Below, one piece after another: positions 27,047 through 38,580 of a stretch of DNA of 64,000 nucleotides. Positions within the stretch are counted from its first letter, which is position 1. Every line of letters begins with the position of its first letter. The notes under the pieces are model-generated. The model was not told where the DNA came from, ran no database searches, and worked only from the letters and a program-made list of their open reading frames with translations. Origin of the DNA: Octopus vulgaris (taxonomy: Eukaryota); NCBI GenBank assembly GCA_951406725.2, contig OX597832.1, positions 7,564,001 through 7,628,000 on the forward strand, read 5' to 3'. The position numbers and the translations under genes were made by a program.

Positions 27047-29043
27047 CTAGAATGGAACATATATATTAATTCAATCTATACTCTTACAAACGCTACACCT
27101 TTAAAAAGAAATGGACTTGTTTGATTGGCCCTTTAGAAAAAACGGTCAATCTTCGAGCGATAAACAAAAAGGTCAAAAATATATGTATATATATATAAAA
27201 AAAACTTATAAAAATTATAAAATCCGAGGAAAAAACCGAGGAAAAAACCTATTGCCGTTAATGAAGACAGTACAAATTAATGCATAGAAATTAAACCTGT
27301 TATAAATACTGCAATACATATTTATATTAAAATCCACATATATATATCAACATACACAAAAGGATGCGCGTAAACGCCATACATACATATACAGACGTAT
27401 GAATATGAATCTAAATTATACACATAAAAGCATGTGTACATATATTCACGCAAACCGTCTCGCACGCAAGCTAAAATTCATCTATGTAGCAATTCTCATA
27501 TACTGAGCAAGGAGGGGGAACGAAAGAAAGGGAAAGAGAGAAAAAGGAACGAAGGAGGGGTGGGGAAAAAACTTGTAGCGATATTATTGGCATCTATAGA
27601 GGCCAGTATACATACACAAGTTTGAATTGATACATATACATACCGTCGTGTGTATGCGTGCTTAAGCACAAGCATACTTTCACTTACACATACACAAATA
27701 CGCATGCTTACAAATACATATGCTTTGCTATACACAAACTTATATAAACATTCTAAATTTGACAACATTGCTTTTTTTAAAAAAACATTGCTTTTAAAAA
27801 ATGGGTGCATTAATAAAAATATATACGAAAGACATATAAAATAAAATATAACATCCTATTTTGGGTCATTTATAAATAATCAAGGTAATATAAATAATCA
27901 AGGTAATCTTATGCAATACAATAACATGGAAACAAAGTTTGTAGGTTTTTCCTAATATATATGTAGAAACAATAAGACTTTGCTTATGTAGGCACACGGC
28001 TAAATTTAAAATGTCGAATATAAATATACCATATGGATAGAGTATATATTTTGTATTTTGATTTTTTGATTTTGATTTTGACTCTTGAGCGCTACGACGG
28101 ACCTATAGCAAAGTCTTATTGTTTCTACATATATATTAGGAAAAACCTACAAACTTTGTTTTCATGTTATTGTATTGCATAAGATTACCTTGATTATTTA
28201 TATTACCTTGATTATTTATAAATGACCCAAAATAGGATGTTATATTTTATTTTATATGTCTTTCGTATATATTTTTATTAATGCACCCATTTTTTAAAAG
28301 CAATGTTTTTTTAAAAAAGCAATGTTGTCAAATTTAGAATGTTTATATAAGTTTGTGTATAGCAAAGCATATGTATTTGTAAGCATGCGTATTTGTGTAT
28401 GTGTAAGTGAAAGTATGCTTGTGCTTAAGCACGCATACACACGACGGTATGTATATGTATCAATTCAAACTTGTGTATGTATACTGGCCTCTATAGATGC
28501 CAATAATATCGCTACAAGTTTTTTCCCCACCCCTCCTTCGTTCCTTTTTCTCTCTTTCCCTTTCTTTCGTTCCCCCTCCTTGCTCAGTATATGAGAATTG
28601 CTACATAGATGAATTTTAGCTTGCGTGCGAGACGGTTTGCGTGAATATATGTACACATGCTTTTATGTGTATAATTTAGATTCATATTCATACGTCTGTA
28701 TATGTATGTATGGCGTTTACGCGCATCCTTTTGTGTATGTTGATATATATATGTGGATTTTAATATAAATATGTATTGCAGTATTTATAACAGGTTTAAT
28801 TTCTATGCATTAATTTGTACTGTCTTCATTAACGGCAATAGGTTTTTTCCTCGGTTTTTTCCTCGGATTTTATAATTTTTATAAGTTTTTTTTATATATA
28901 TATACATATATTTTTGACCTTTTTGTTTATCGCTCGAAGATTGACCGTTTTTTCTAAAGGGCCAATCAAACAAGTCCATTTCTTTTTAAAGGTGTAGCGT
29001 TTGTAAGAGTATAGATTGAATTAATATATATGTTCCATTCTAG

Positions 29044-29093
29044 CAAAAACTGTCTGATGAACGGCAACGAGAAACTCAGAGTAACAGATTTTG
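29044..29093 (+). ncRNA. Minimal hammerhead motif, right arm
   Basis: ctgt-CTGATGA-a-cg(gcaa)cg-a-GAAAC-tcaga-GTA-acag; helix III palindrome ACTC(A)GAGT. Confidence 0.7.
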
Positions 29094-29119
29094 TTGAATT
29101 TTCTGCTGCTTAAAATAAA

Positions 29120-29164
<45 letters not shown>

Positions 29165-29173
<9 letters not shown>

Positions 29174-29580
29174 CTTATCGCCATACTAATATGGCATTCT
29201 TATAAAAATAAGAATAAAGCTGTCCACTTATTAGCTCCATGAGGCCATCGCCTTAAGTTAGCTATTTGATACACAAACTGTATCCATATAACCTTCGAAC
29301 AAGGGAGGTCAGTCGCTCCACACTACTTGACCGGCAGCTACAGACGCGTTTCGGGGTATTGCCCCTTTTCAATGCAGCGTAGCCAGCCAGTAGGTGTTGC
29401 TTCCGACAATCTCTGTTCGATGGTTTTATTTACCTAGTTTCGGTGGAATACATCCACTTATTTTCAATAATAGAAATATTAAAATTACTAAGTCTCTCAT
29501 ATTAGTATGGCGATAACTATTATTTTCCGGGAACGCTGCCGCTGTTCTCTTTTAGAGAGACTTAGTAATTTTAATATTTC

Positions 29581-29587
<7 letters not shown>
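29165..29587. mobile_element. PLE-type terminus with interlocked inverted repeats and two HHR-like motifs
   Basis: Inverted pairs 29168-29193/29498-29525 and 29468-29498/29555-29586, flanked by (TA)n. Confidence 0.7.
29337..29378 (-). ncRNA. Type I hammerhead ribozyme, U3:A8 core variant
   Basis: gctgca-TTGAAAA-gggg(caata)cccc-GAAAC-gc-GTC-tgtagc; all three helices pair. Confidence 0.8.
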
Positions 29588-29621
<34 letters not shown>

Positions 29622-29639
29622 TATATACATGCACATACG

Positions 29640-29785
29640 TGGTGCAGGAGTGGGTGTGTGGTAAGAAGCTCGACTTCCCAACCACATAGTTCCGGGTTTA
29701 CTCCAACTGCGTAGCACCTTAGGCAAGTACCTTGTACTATAGGCTCGGGCCAACCAGAGCCTTGTGAGTGGATTTAGTAGACTGA
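29640..29785 (+). mobile_element. SINE B 5' half
   Basis: Head match. Confidence 0.8.
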
Positions 29786-29803
29786 AATTGAAAGGCGCCT
29801 GTC

Positions 29804-29891
<88 letters not shown>

Positions 29892-29894
29892 ATT

Positions 29895-29935
<41 letters not shown>

Positions 29936-29941
<6 letters not shown>

Positions 29942-30749
29942 TAATGCAATACGAGAATATTGCTTTCCAGTAAAGAATAGGCCGTTAGGGAAAATTATAC
30001 ATAGAAGTAAATATATGGTACAACGAAGTACCGATATTTACTGGAAAATAGCGAACGTAATAAATACGACGCTAATGTATAGCTTCACCGCGGATGTACT
30101 AGCAAAAATGCGTGTGTGCAACAAACTTGAAAAAATTGTCTTACCTCCAGGGAGAACATCTGAAAGATGAAATACCTAGAAAGGGATAATGTGGTACCGG
30201 TTTCAGATTTTTCAAGATATGTCTGCACACATATACTTGATTTATCTTCAACAGCCAACATATACCTCGACAACATTTCAAATGTTGCCGCATCAATGCC
30301 AATACACTCGACTGAAACGCCAAAACGCTGACAGAACGAGAACAGTGAAGAAGTTTCAATAAAAATAGTAATGCAATACGAGAGTATTGCTTTCCAGTAA
30401 AGAATAGCCCGTGAGGGAAAATTATACATAGAAGTAAATATATGGTACAACGAAGTACCGATATTTACTGGAAAATAGCGAACGTAATAAGTACGACGCT
30501 GATGAAGATAAATCAAGTATATGTGTGCAGACATATCTTGAAAAATCTGAAACCAGTACCACATTATCCCTTTCTAGGTATTTCATCTTTCAGATGTTCT
30601 CCCTGGAGGTAAGACAATTTTTTTCAAGTTTGTTGCACACACGCATTTTTGCTAGTATATACGCGGTGAAGCTATACATTAGCGTCGTATTTATTACGTT
30701 CGCTATTTTCCAGTAAATATCGGTACTTCGTTGTACCATATATTTACTT
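29936..30749. mobile_element. Retrozyme/PLE-terminus family D: 427-nt partial tandem plus inverted copy
   Basis: gtaatgcaatacgag at 29941 and 30368; 30498-30749 inverts 30005-30255; HHR motifs at 30189-30261 (-) and 30499-30562 (+). Confidence 0.8.
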
Positions 30750-30855
30750 ATATATATATATATATATATGCATACATGGTTTTCAAGTGGCGAAAGTGTT
30801 TAGCTTTATGGCGTATCGCCACATCCCAAAAATCTGTTGGCCCAAGATTTCTTAA

Positions 30856-32162
30856 AATTATGGAGGAGGAAATGCCTCACTACTCAAAGGTAACAATTGG
30901 GAATTACCTCCCTTTGCTGTCATCTTGTCGGTCCCAAGAAGCTAGCAGGAACCTCCTGAAATGTAAACGTGGCCCGAAAATCTCCGTTCTGGAGTTAAGG
31001 ATGTTCCCTGGTTTGAGTCCTTTAGGATTCTCGCACATTCATCCATGCATAACTTGCAAAGCTTCATTCTGTTGGTGTAGGGGCTTTGGTTCTCGAGGAT
31101 TTTCCATGAGATCTAGTATGGAATCTCATCGTCTCTTAGTTGCCAGACGTGGCTGGCTAGTGATGTTACTACCTCCTTTCTGTAACTCTCAAGGAGGATC
31201 TGTGGTTGGAGAGACGTTGCTTGAAAGACTTCCCGGAAATTCAATGTATCTCCCTGGGCGTGTGTTGTTGGTGCTGTATCTGCTGGTGTCGTTGTTGCCA
31301 CCGACATCGTTGTTGTTGGAGCTGGGTCTGCTGGTGCTGGCATCGCTGGAGGCTGTGCTGGCGTCAGTAATGGTATCGCAACTGCCGGTTATGGTGAAGG
31401 CGCTGTTGTTATTGTGGTCTTCGTCACTGGTGGGAGATGTGCCATTGCTGCTAGAGGTGTCATTAGCTGGGTTCTGCTGATGTTCCTGCTAGGTCCACTG
31501 TCACTGCTGCTGCTATTGCCATTGCTGCTATTATTGTCGTTATAGCTGGCGGTGGCACTGGACCTGTTGCTGCAGCTATAGGGGTTATCATATCTGCTAC
31601 TGTTAACCTTAGGGAAGCTTTTGGTAATGCTGGTGATGCTGCTGCTGCTGTTGTTGTTAGTGTTGTTGTTACCGTTGTGGGTGCCGTCGGATGAATTGCC
31701 AATGCTGTCGCTGGTGGTGTTATTTTTATTGTTGCTAACGTTGTTAACTGAAGAGATGGTGGGGGTTTTGCTGGTTCTGTTGTCGTGTCTACGGCTGCAA
31801 CTGCAATACCACCGGAAAAGAGATACGTAACATCACGGGCCAGCCACGTCTGGCAACTGAGAGATAATGGGATTCCATGCTCGATCTCATGGGTAATCCT
31901 CTTGAACTCAGGCTTCTGCATCATAGGATGAAGCATGGTAAGTTATGCATAGCTGAACACGCGAGAATCCTAAAGGACTCACTAAAACCAGGGAACATCC
32001 ATAACTCCTGAACGGAGATTTTCGGGCCACGTTTACATTTCAGGAGGTTCCTGCTAGCTTTTTGGAACTTGCAAGATGGCGGCACAGCTGCAAGTCGACA
32101 GCAAAGGGATATCATCCCCAATTATTATCTTTGAGTAGTGAGGCATTTTCAAACCTCTAATT
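30856..32162. pseudogene. PLE fold-back encoding GIY-YIG endonuclease C-terminus in both arms
   Basis: Minus strand: YI(G)..KSFKQRLSNHRSS..TSLASHVWQLRD..ISWKILE..PY..CKLC..LNSRTEIFG..HFRRFLL; arms about 30856-31180 and 31813-32162. Confidence 0.8.
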
Positions 32163-32202
32163 CTACTAAACACATACCCACATACACACTCACCCCCACA
32201 TA

Positions 32203-32918
32203 TATATAAATATAGTGTACATTTAAACACACAAGAGCTATCCATCATAGGATTCCCTTCACCCTAGAAGGAACAGCTAAAGTCCAAACCACTATTAGGG
32301 ATAAAAACTCGAAGGGAATCAATAATAAAAAAACATTTACCATCTATATCCTAACCATGGTTTCTGACTTAGTTTAACAAACAAAATAATTTGCTAGGCG
32401 AAGTCTTCATGAACAGGTACGCCTAGATTATTCATATCAGTACGAGACAAATCCAGCATGTGCCTCTTACTTATACTTTATAATTTTTCAAATCCACCGC
32501 GCAAGCGCAGTTTTTTGTCGACAGCAATAATTTATTACCCTGATATTATTGATAATTTTTTTCTGGAAAACTGTTCGAAGTAATGCCAGTATTTTTTTGC
32601 AGCCGACAACAAGCTGCGATTGCGCGGTGGATTTGAAAAATTATAATGTATAAGCAGGAGGCACATGCTGGATTTGTCTCGTACTTATATGTTTAATATA
32701 GGCGTACATGTTCATAAAGACTTCGCCTAGCGAATTATTTTATTTGCTAAAATAGTCAGAAACCAAGGTCCAGGAGATAGATGGTAAATATTTTTTTATT
32801 TTTCATTCCCTTCGAGTTGTTATCCCTAATAGTGGTTTGGACTTTAGCTGTTCCTTCTAGCGTGAAGGGAATCCTATGATGGATACCTTTTATGGGTTTA
32901 AATGTACAGTATTTATAT
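32203..32918. mobile_element. Fold-back element with ~325-bp arms and degenerate HHR-like motifs
   Basis: Arms about 32203-32530 and 32593-32918; right arm TTCATAA-a-gact..agtc-a-GAAAC-caag-GTC-cagg (32707-32774). Confidence 0.7.
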
Positions 32919-32999
32919 GAATAATATATAGTCTATTGACTAATTTTTCTATACGTTAGGCCACAGGTAGAAAAAATTTCAAAAATCTTTATTACCCTG

Positions 33000-33071
<72 letters not shown>

Positions 33072-33272
33072 CTTGTGTGTGTATCTGTGTGTGTGTGTAT
33101 ACGTATGTATATAATTGAATAAGTTGAAGTCAGGAAAATTACAGAGGAACATAAGTAAAAGTTCTTCTGTACTCCTTGTTGTTACCACTGTTCTTGATGA
33201 TACCACTGGGTGAAATTTGAAGGTAGACGGGCTTTATACTGTAATCTGCTACGTTCTTAGCAGAATGTAGCG

Positions 33273-33345
<73 letters not shown>

Positions 33346-33669
33346 TTATATGTGTATGTGCGTGTGTGTATATGAATGTTTGTATATGTATATACATACG
33401 TATATATATTTAAGAAAATATAAAGAGCTAACTTAATTTGATACGAATTTCAGTAGTACGATTTCTTCATAAAATTCTAATTCTGTCAGCCGTTTATGTT
33501 TTACTGTTGTTATAATACTCTGATGTGGTATTTGTTACAATATAACTTGGTTTGTTACTTTTATATTATTACAAATAATAATGTATGCATGTACTATATA
33601 CATTCATACATATCTACATGCATACATATACATGCATGCATACATGCAATCATACATTCATGCATACAT

Positions 33670-33745
<76 letters not shown>

Positions 33746-34065
33746 TTAAACACACACATATATGTGTGTGTCTGTGTGCCTGTGCATGCAAAGTGTACAT
33801 ACGCATAATTACTCAAAATACACCAGAGTTGCATTTTGAAGCAAGAAATTCACGAGAATACTAAAAAATTGTGCTTAGTGTATCTTAATACGTATCTTAA
33901 TATAGCATATAAATATATTGAATAAAATAAAAGTAAAGCTAAGTATGTGTGTGTGTGTGTGTGTGTGTATGTGTTTGTGCGTGAGTGAGTGTGTATTAAA
34001 ATGAATAAATCAAAATAGTATGGACGTATATATTTTGTTCAGTAAGGATATACATCATATGTATA

Positions 34066-34436
34066 CTAGTACGTTACCCGTCATGTGCTGGGTAATTTAA
34101 AAGTATACTTTCGTGATGATGGGTAAGACCAGAAACTACGACATATATGATAAATAAAATTTCTTCAATTTCTTGATACTTTAAAATAAACTTAAATAAA
34201 ACAAATTTCTTATTTGATTATTTGCAATAAATATATGTTATTAGTTTTCTGAATTTTATCAGCATAATAACAATTTATGCCATCGAAGACCTGTCTCTGC
34301 AAAATTTCATTAAAAATGTGTATATTTCTTTCTGAAAGTTGCAAGGCACTCATGCCGCACCTCTTATGTTAACTCTTTCTGCATCCAATTTTTTATATCT
34401 CAAAGCGTGATTTCAACCAGCTAACAATTATATAAG
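34066..34436 (-). mobile_element. Probable non-autonomous Helitron
   Basis: Minus-strand 3' hairpin ttaccc..gggtaa followed by CTAG|T; 5' end uncertain. Confidence 0.55.
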
Positions 34437-34599
34437 TTGTTATTTGGTATACACACACACACATGTATGTATGTATGTATGTATGTATGTATGTATGTAT
34501 GTATGTATGTATGTATGTATGTATGTATGTATGTATGTATGTATGTATGTATGTATGTATGTATGTATGTATCTATCTATGTATGTATCTATCTATGTA

Positions 34600-34818
<219 letters not shown>

Positions 34819-34874
34819 TATATAACACATATATATGCATATATGCATATATATATTTTATTTATATTACTATT

Positions 34875-35510
34875 TTATTGAACGCCACGCATCCATTTCC
34901 AAATAAGTTTATCTTAACCTTTTTGATGCGACTCTACTTTATTCTGTTTTCTCCCCATCCTTCTCTAATTCCCTGTTTCTCCACCATTTTTTACCTGTCC
35001 CTCTCTCCCTCTTTCTCATTTTTGTCTCTCGTTTGTCACACGTGACCAGCAACCATCTTTCCTTTCCTCACGTGACCAGCTTTCTTTTTCTGCACGAACA
35101 TTCTTAGGACAGGATGTCTTCTATCTCTCTCTTCTATCTTTTCACTTTTCAAAGAAAATATTTCTCTTAGCGTTCACTATTTTCCCCTTGTTCTGGTCTA
35201 ACGACCCTCTATGTTTGTTTTCGTCCGGTTTCCTTGTATGTCTCGTCTGTCCTGTTTTGTTCCCAACTTTGATCCTCCATAAAATCCAAAATTCTAATTT
35301 GGAGGTTATGGGAGCAGCTGTCTTCGAAGACTCATATTGTCGTTGAATGCTCGAAATGAGGAGTAGATAGAAAGCCAACAACTGATGAAAGGTTGTTCTT
35401 TGTGTTACTTGTCCTATTTTCCATTTTTTCTGGTTGTTTGCATATTTAACTCGTTTGTTTTCGTGCTTCATGTTGTTTACAGTTGGTGAAGTCCTGTACC
35501 CATATATGCA
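34875..35510. mobile_element. Repeat family E copy
   Basis: Homologous to 16345-16845 plus 15990-16125. Confidence 0.6.
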
Positions 35511-35513
35511 TAT

Positions 35514-35675
35514 AGGCGCAGGAGTGGCTGTGTGGTAAGTAGCTTGCTTACCAACGATATGGTTCCGGGTTCATTCCCACTACGCGGCAGCTTGGGCAAG
35601 TGTCTTCTATTATAGCCTCGGGCCCCGACCAAAACCTTGTGAGTGGATTTAGTAGACGGAAATTGAAAGAAGCCT
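35514..35675 (+). mobile_element. SINE B 5' half
   Basis: Head match. Confidence 0.85.
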
Positions 35676-35793
35676 GGAGGTATGTGTGTGTAAGTGTGGA
35701 TATGTGCGTGCTCGCTGGTCTGTGTGTGTGTGTGGTTGTGGCTGTTAATCTATGTGTGTGGTTGGGCTTATTATCGATATATATATATATATA

Positions 35794-35945
35794 CTTTATT
35801 AAAAATGCAGCAAAATCATCACAATGTCCGATTGACGGGAACGTGAAACTCTGAGTAACATCTTTTGTGATATTATTGCTGCTTTTGTCAATATTCGAGT
35901 ACTTTTTTTCTCATCTTGTTTCACAATTATGTGCTTACTCTGGTA
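35794..35945 (+). mobile_element. Older family H mini fold-back in (TA)n
   Basis: ctttatt..gcagcaaaatc inverted arm, degenerate HHR (ccgattga..GAAACtctgaGTAaca), then tail. Confidence 0.7.
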
Positions 35946-35975
35946 TATATACATACATATATAAATATATATATG

Positions 35976-36139
<164 letters not shown>

Positions 36140-36194
36140 CAGAAATATTAAATTTCTAAATATCTCATAGAGATATGTACGGTGGTGGAGCGAT

Positions 36195-36490
36195 AGAGTG
36201 GTTGTATACAGTCAACTTAACGTGACAGTCCCGTAAGGGAATTTCAACACCACTGTTTAGCCCTAGGAAGCATCGACGCTTCCTGTCGGCCTTGACACAT
36301 TTTTCCTGTGTCCTTATATATTTACGAAGGGTATTTGTTGGAGGTATTTGTCTCCCCTTCGTAAATATATAAGGACACAGGAAAATATGTCAAGGCCGAC
36401 AGGAAGCGTCGATACTTCCTAGGGCTAAACAGCGGTGGTGAAATTCCCTTACGGGACTGTCACGTTAAGTTGACAGTATACAACCACTCT
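36195..36490. repeat. Near-perfect palindrome, ~137-bp arms, 23-nt loop
   Basis: Arms 36195-36331 and 36355-36490. Confidence 0.9.
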
Positions 36491-36610
36491 CTCTCTCTCT
36501 CTCTCTTTCTCTCTCTGTCTCTCTCTCTCTCTATATATATATACATACATACATATATATACATACATACATACATATATATATATACATACATACATAT
36601 ATATATATAT

Positions 36611-36641
<31 letters not shown>

Positions 36642-36654
36642 CATATATATTTAT

Positions 36655-37150
36655 ATCACAGCTGCATCCTCGTTACACGAGAAAAACCATTGCCAAGAAG
36701 ACTTACTGAAATGATTCATGATTGCTGCCTTGCCATGTGATGCCTTTATATGACTTTTAAACCCAGCCAAGCTTTTACACATTTTATTACATACTGGACA
36801 ACTGTGCTGACTGGCAGGAGAAACAGGTGCCACCATATGCACTCTCTTAACATGTCTTTTTAGACCTCCAACTGAGAGGCACACCCTTCCACATTTTACA
36901 CACGTTCTATTATGAATTTTAATAGCCACATCGTTGTTTATCATGGGTCGAATTCTATGAGAATTTTGATGACTCACCAGGCCTGGACGACTCAAACGCC
37001 TCCGCTCACAAACCACACATATATGTCAGGTTGCTCTTCAGTGCTACTGGTAATATGAAGTCCAGTACAACCATGTTCAGGTCGCCGGCAACTAAACTGG
37101 CAACCACTACCAGGCTTGCTTGGTGAGGTGGGTGCTTGTTGAACACTCTG
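36655..37150 (-). pseudogene. RTE-like LINE 3' end with C2H2 zinc-finger motifs
   Basis: CVKCGRVCLSVGGLKRHVKRVH and [22 protein letters not shown], a third decayed finger, and a short tail ending in (TA)n. Confidence 0.65.
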
Positions 37151-37277
37151 CGGGAAAAACATATGTTTATGTATATACACATACATATGTGTATGCACAT
37201 TTTTATATGTGTACGTGTGAAAGTATATGTACTTATGCTTGCGTGTGAATAAGAAACTTTTAAACTCAAGGAATATC

Positions 37278-37340
<63 letters not shown>

Positions 37341-38409
37341 CATATTCAAAGACCTGTCGAGATACAACACTGCTTAATCGTATAATCTCGTGGACTAGTA
37401 AGAAAAATATTCGCCACAAAACAAGTGGAAATGAAGAAAGAAAGAGAGAAGTAGACAGTGAACGCACTTGGTAAAATACCCAGCGGAGGTATCAGGAATC
37501 TGAAGAAAGATCTTAGCAGAACCTTTAATTATGGCATTGTGGGTGAACATAAGAACGTTACAGAAATCTGAGCAAAGAATACTGATACGGAAATATTAGA
37601 TGAAAGAGAAAAGGGTTTCGTATTGAAATTGAAGCGATAAAGCAGAGACTTGTAACTAAAGCTGCCATAGAAAAGAATTATTCTAAGCTGGCAGTATAAT
37701 TCAAACGGAAGAGATTGTTCCCATCAAAGCAAAAGCGATTCTTTTACGATTCAGCAAGACGACACCAATGGCAATATATTGAAGAATTCCTTGTACGATA
37801 TAATACGTGTTTGACTGTGCAATATGTTAATGAATAGTAAGAGCGTTCGAGTTGTTTTCATTCAATTTTATTTGTGTAAAAGAAAAGCGATTTTGTGTAA
37901 TGCGCGCTGGGACTAAATGATTTATTGTATTTAGCTTCGCACTTCTATGCTCTGAGTTTAATTCCTACCAAGGGTTGATAAAAGATGTGTTTGGTCCAGG
38001 TATAATTCTGTAGTTAGGAAGTTCGCCTTGTAGTCACGAATTCCGCATTCGGTGTTACTATGCGGCACCTTAGGCACGTACCTTCTACCATAATTTTACT
38101 GTATGAAACTGGAAGAAGGCACGTGGATAAAGTGACGTTACAGCATACATTATGAATAGAATTAGATTGATGGAAATTTTGTAAAGGCTCTTCGTATAGA
38201 AATTTTTGGCTAATAGTAAGCCTCTTTACATAGCATATTTGATCTGACGAAGACGTCTGACAGAGTAACTTGCAGTTTTTCTTTTAAGAAGACAATATAT
38301 CAGCCTGTGAGAAAGGCTTGTCAGTACGGTGCAAGTCATATATAGAGATGTAGTCAGCAAAGTAACAGTTAGATTTGAGTACACTAAGTAATATTTGTGC
38401 GCAATTACA

Positions 38410-38575
38410 TACTAATGGAGGCTCAGTTCTCCTTCTGTTTATTTGTTCTTTTAAGGCATAATAAAATAGTTCAAGTCTGTTCGTCTGTGGAAACATGTAG
38501 CAACGTCTATAGAAGACTTAATGAAGAAATTCTTGTCGTGGAAGCAAAATCTAGAATCAAGGGACCGAATTTTTA
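38410..38575 (+). pseudogene. RTE-like RT fragment
   Basis: GSVL..LFI.. and EDLMKKFLSWKQNLESRD. Confidence 0.55.
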
Positions 38576-38580
38576 GTAAG

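Larger units (their letters stand above)
26898..29120. mobile_element. PLE fold-back insertion (family H): ~1015-bp near-identical inverted arms, 122-bp spacer, inside (TA)n
   Basis: Arms 26970-27984 and 28107-29120; spacer begins CRHTAKFKMSNINIPYG* (27987-28040), resembling a PLE ORF C-terminus; HHR near each outer end. Confidence 0.85.

Noticed and set aside
30731-31480. 249-aa plus-strand ORF as a membrane protein
   Set aside because: Antisense reading of the PLE nuclease and Pro/Ala/Thr relic
36651-37016. Host C2H2 zinc-finger gene exon
   Set aside because: No TGEKP linkers; finger style and tail fit an RTE-like LINE C-terminus
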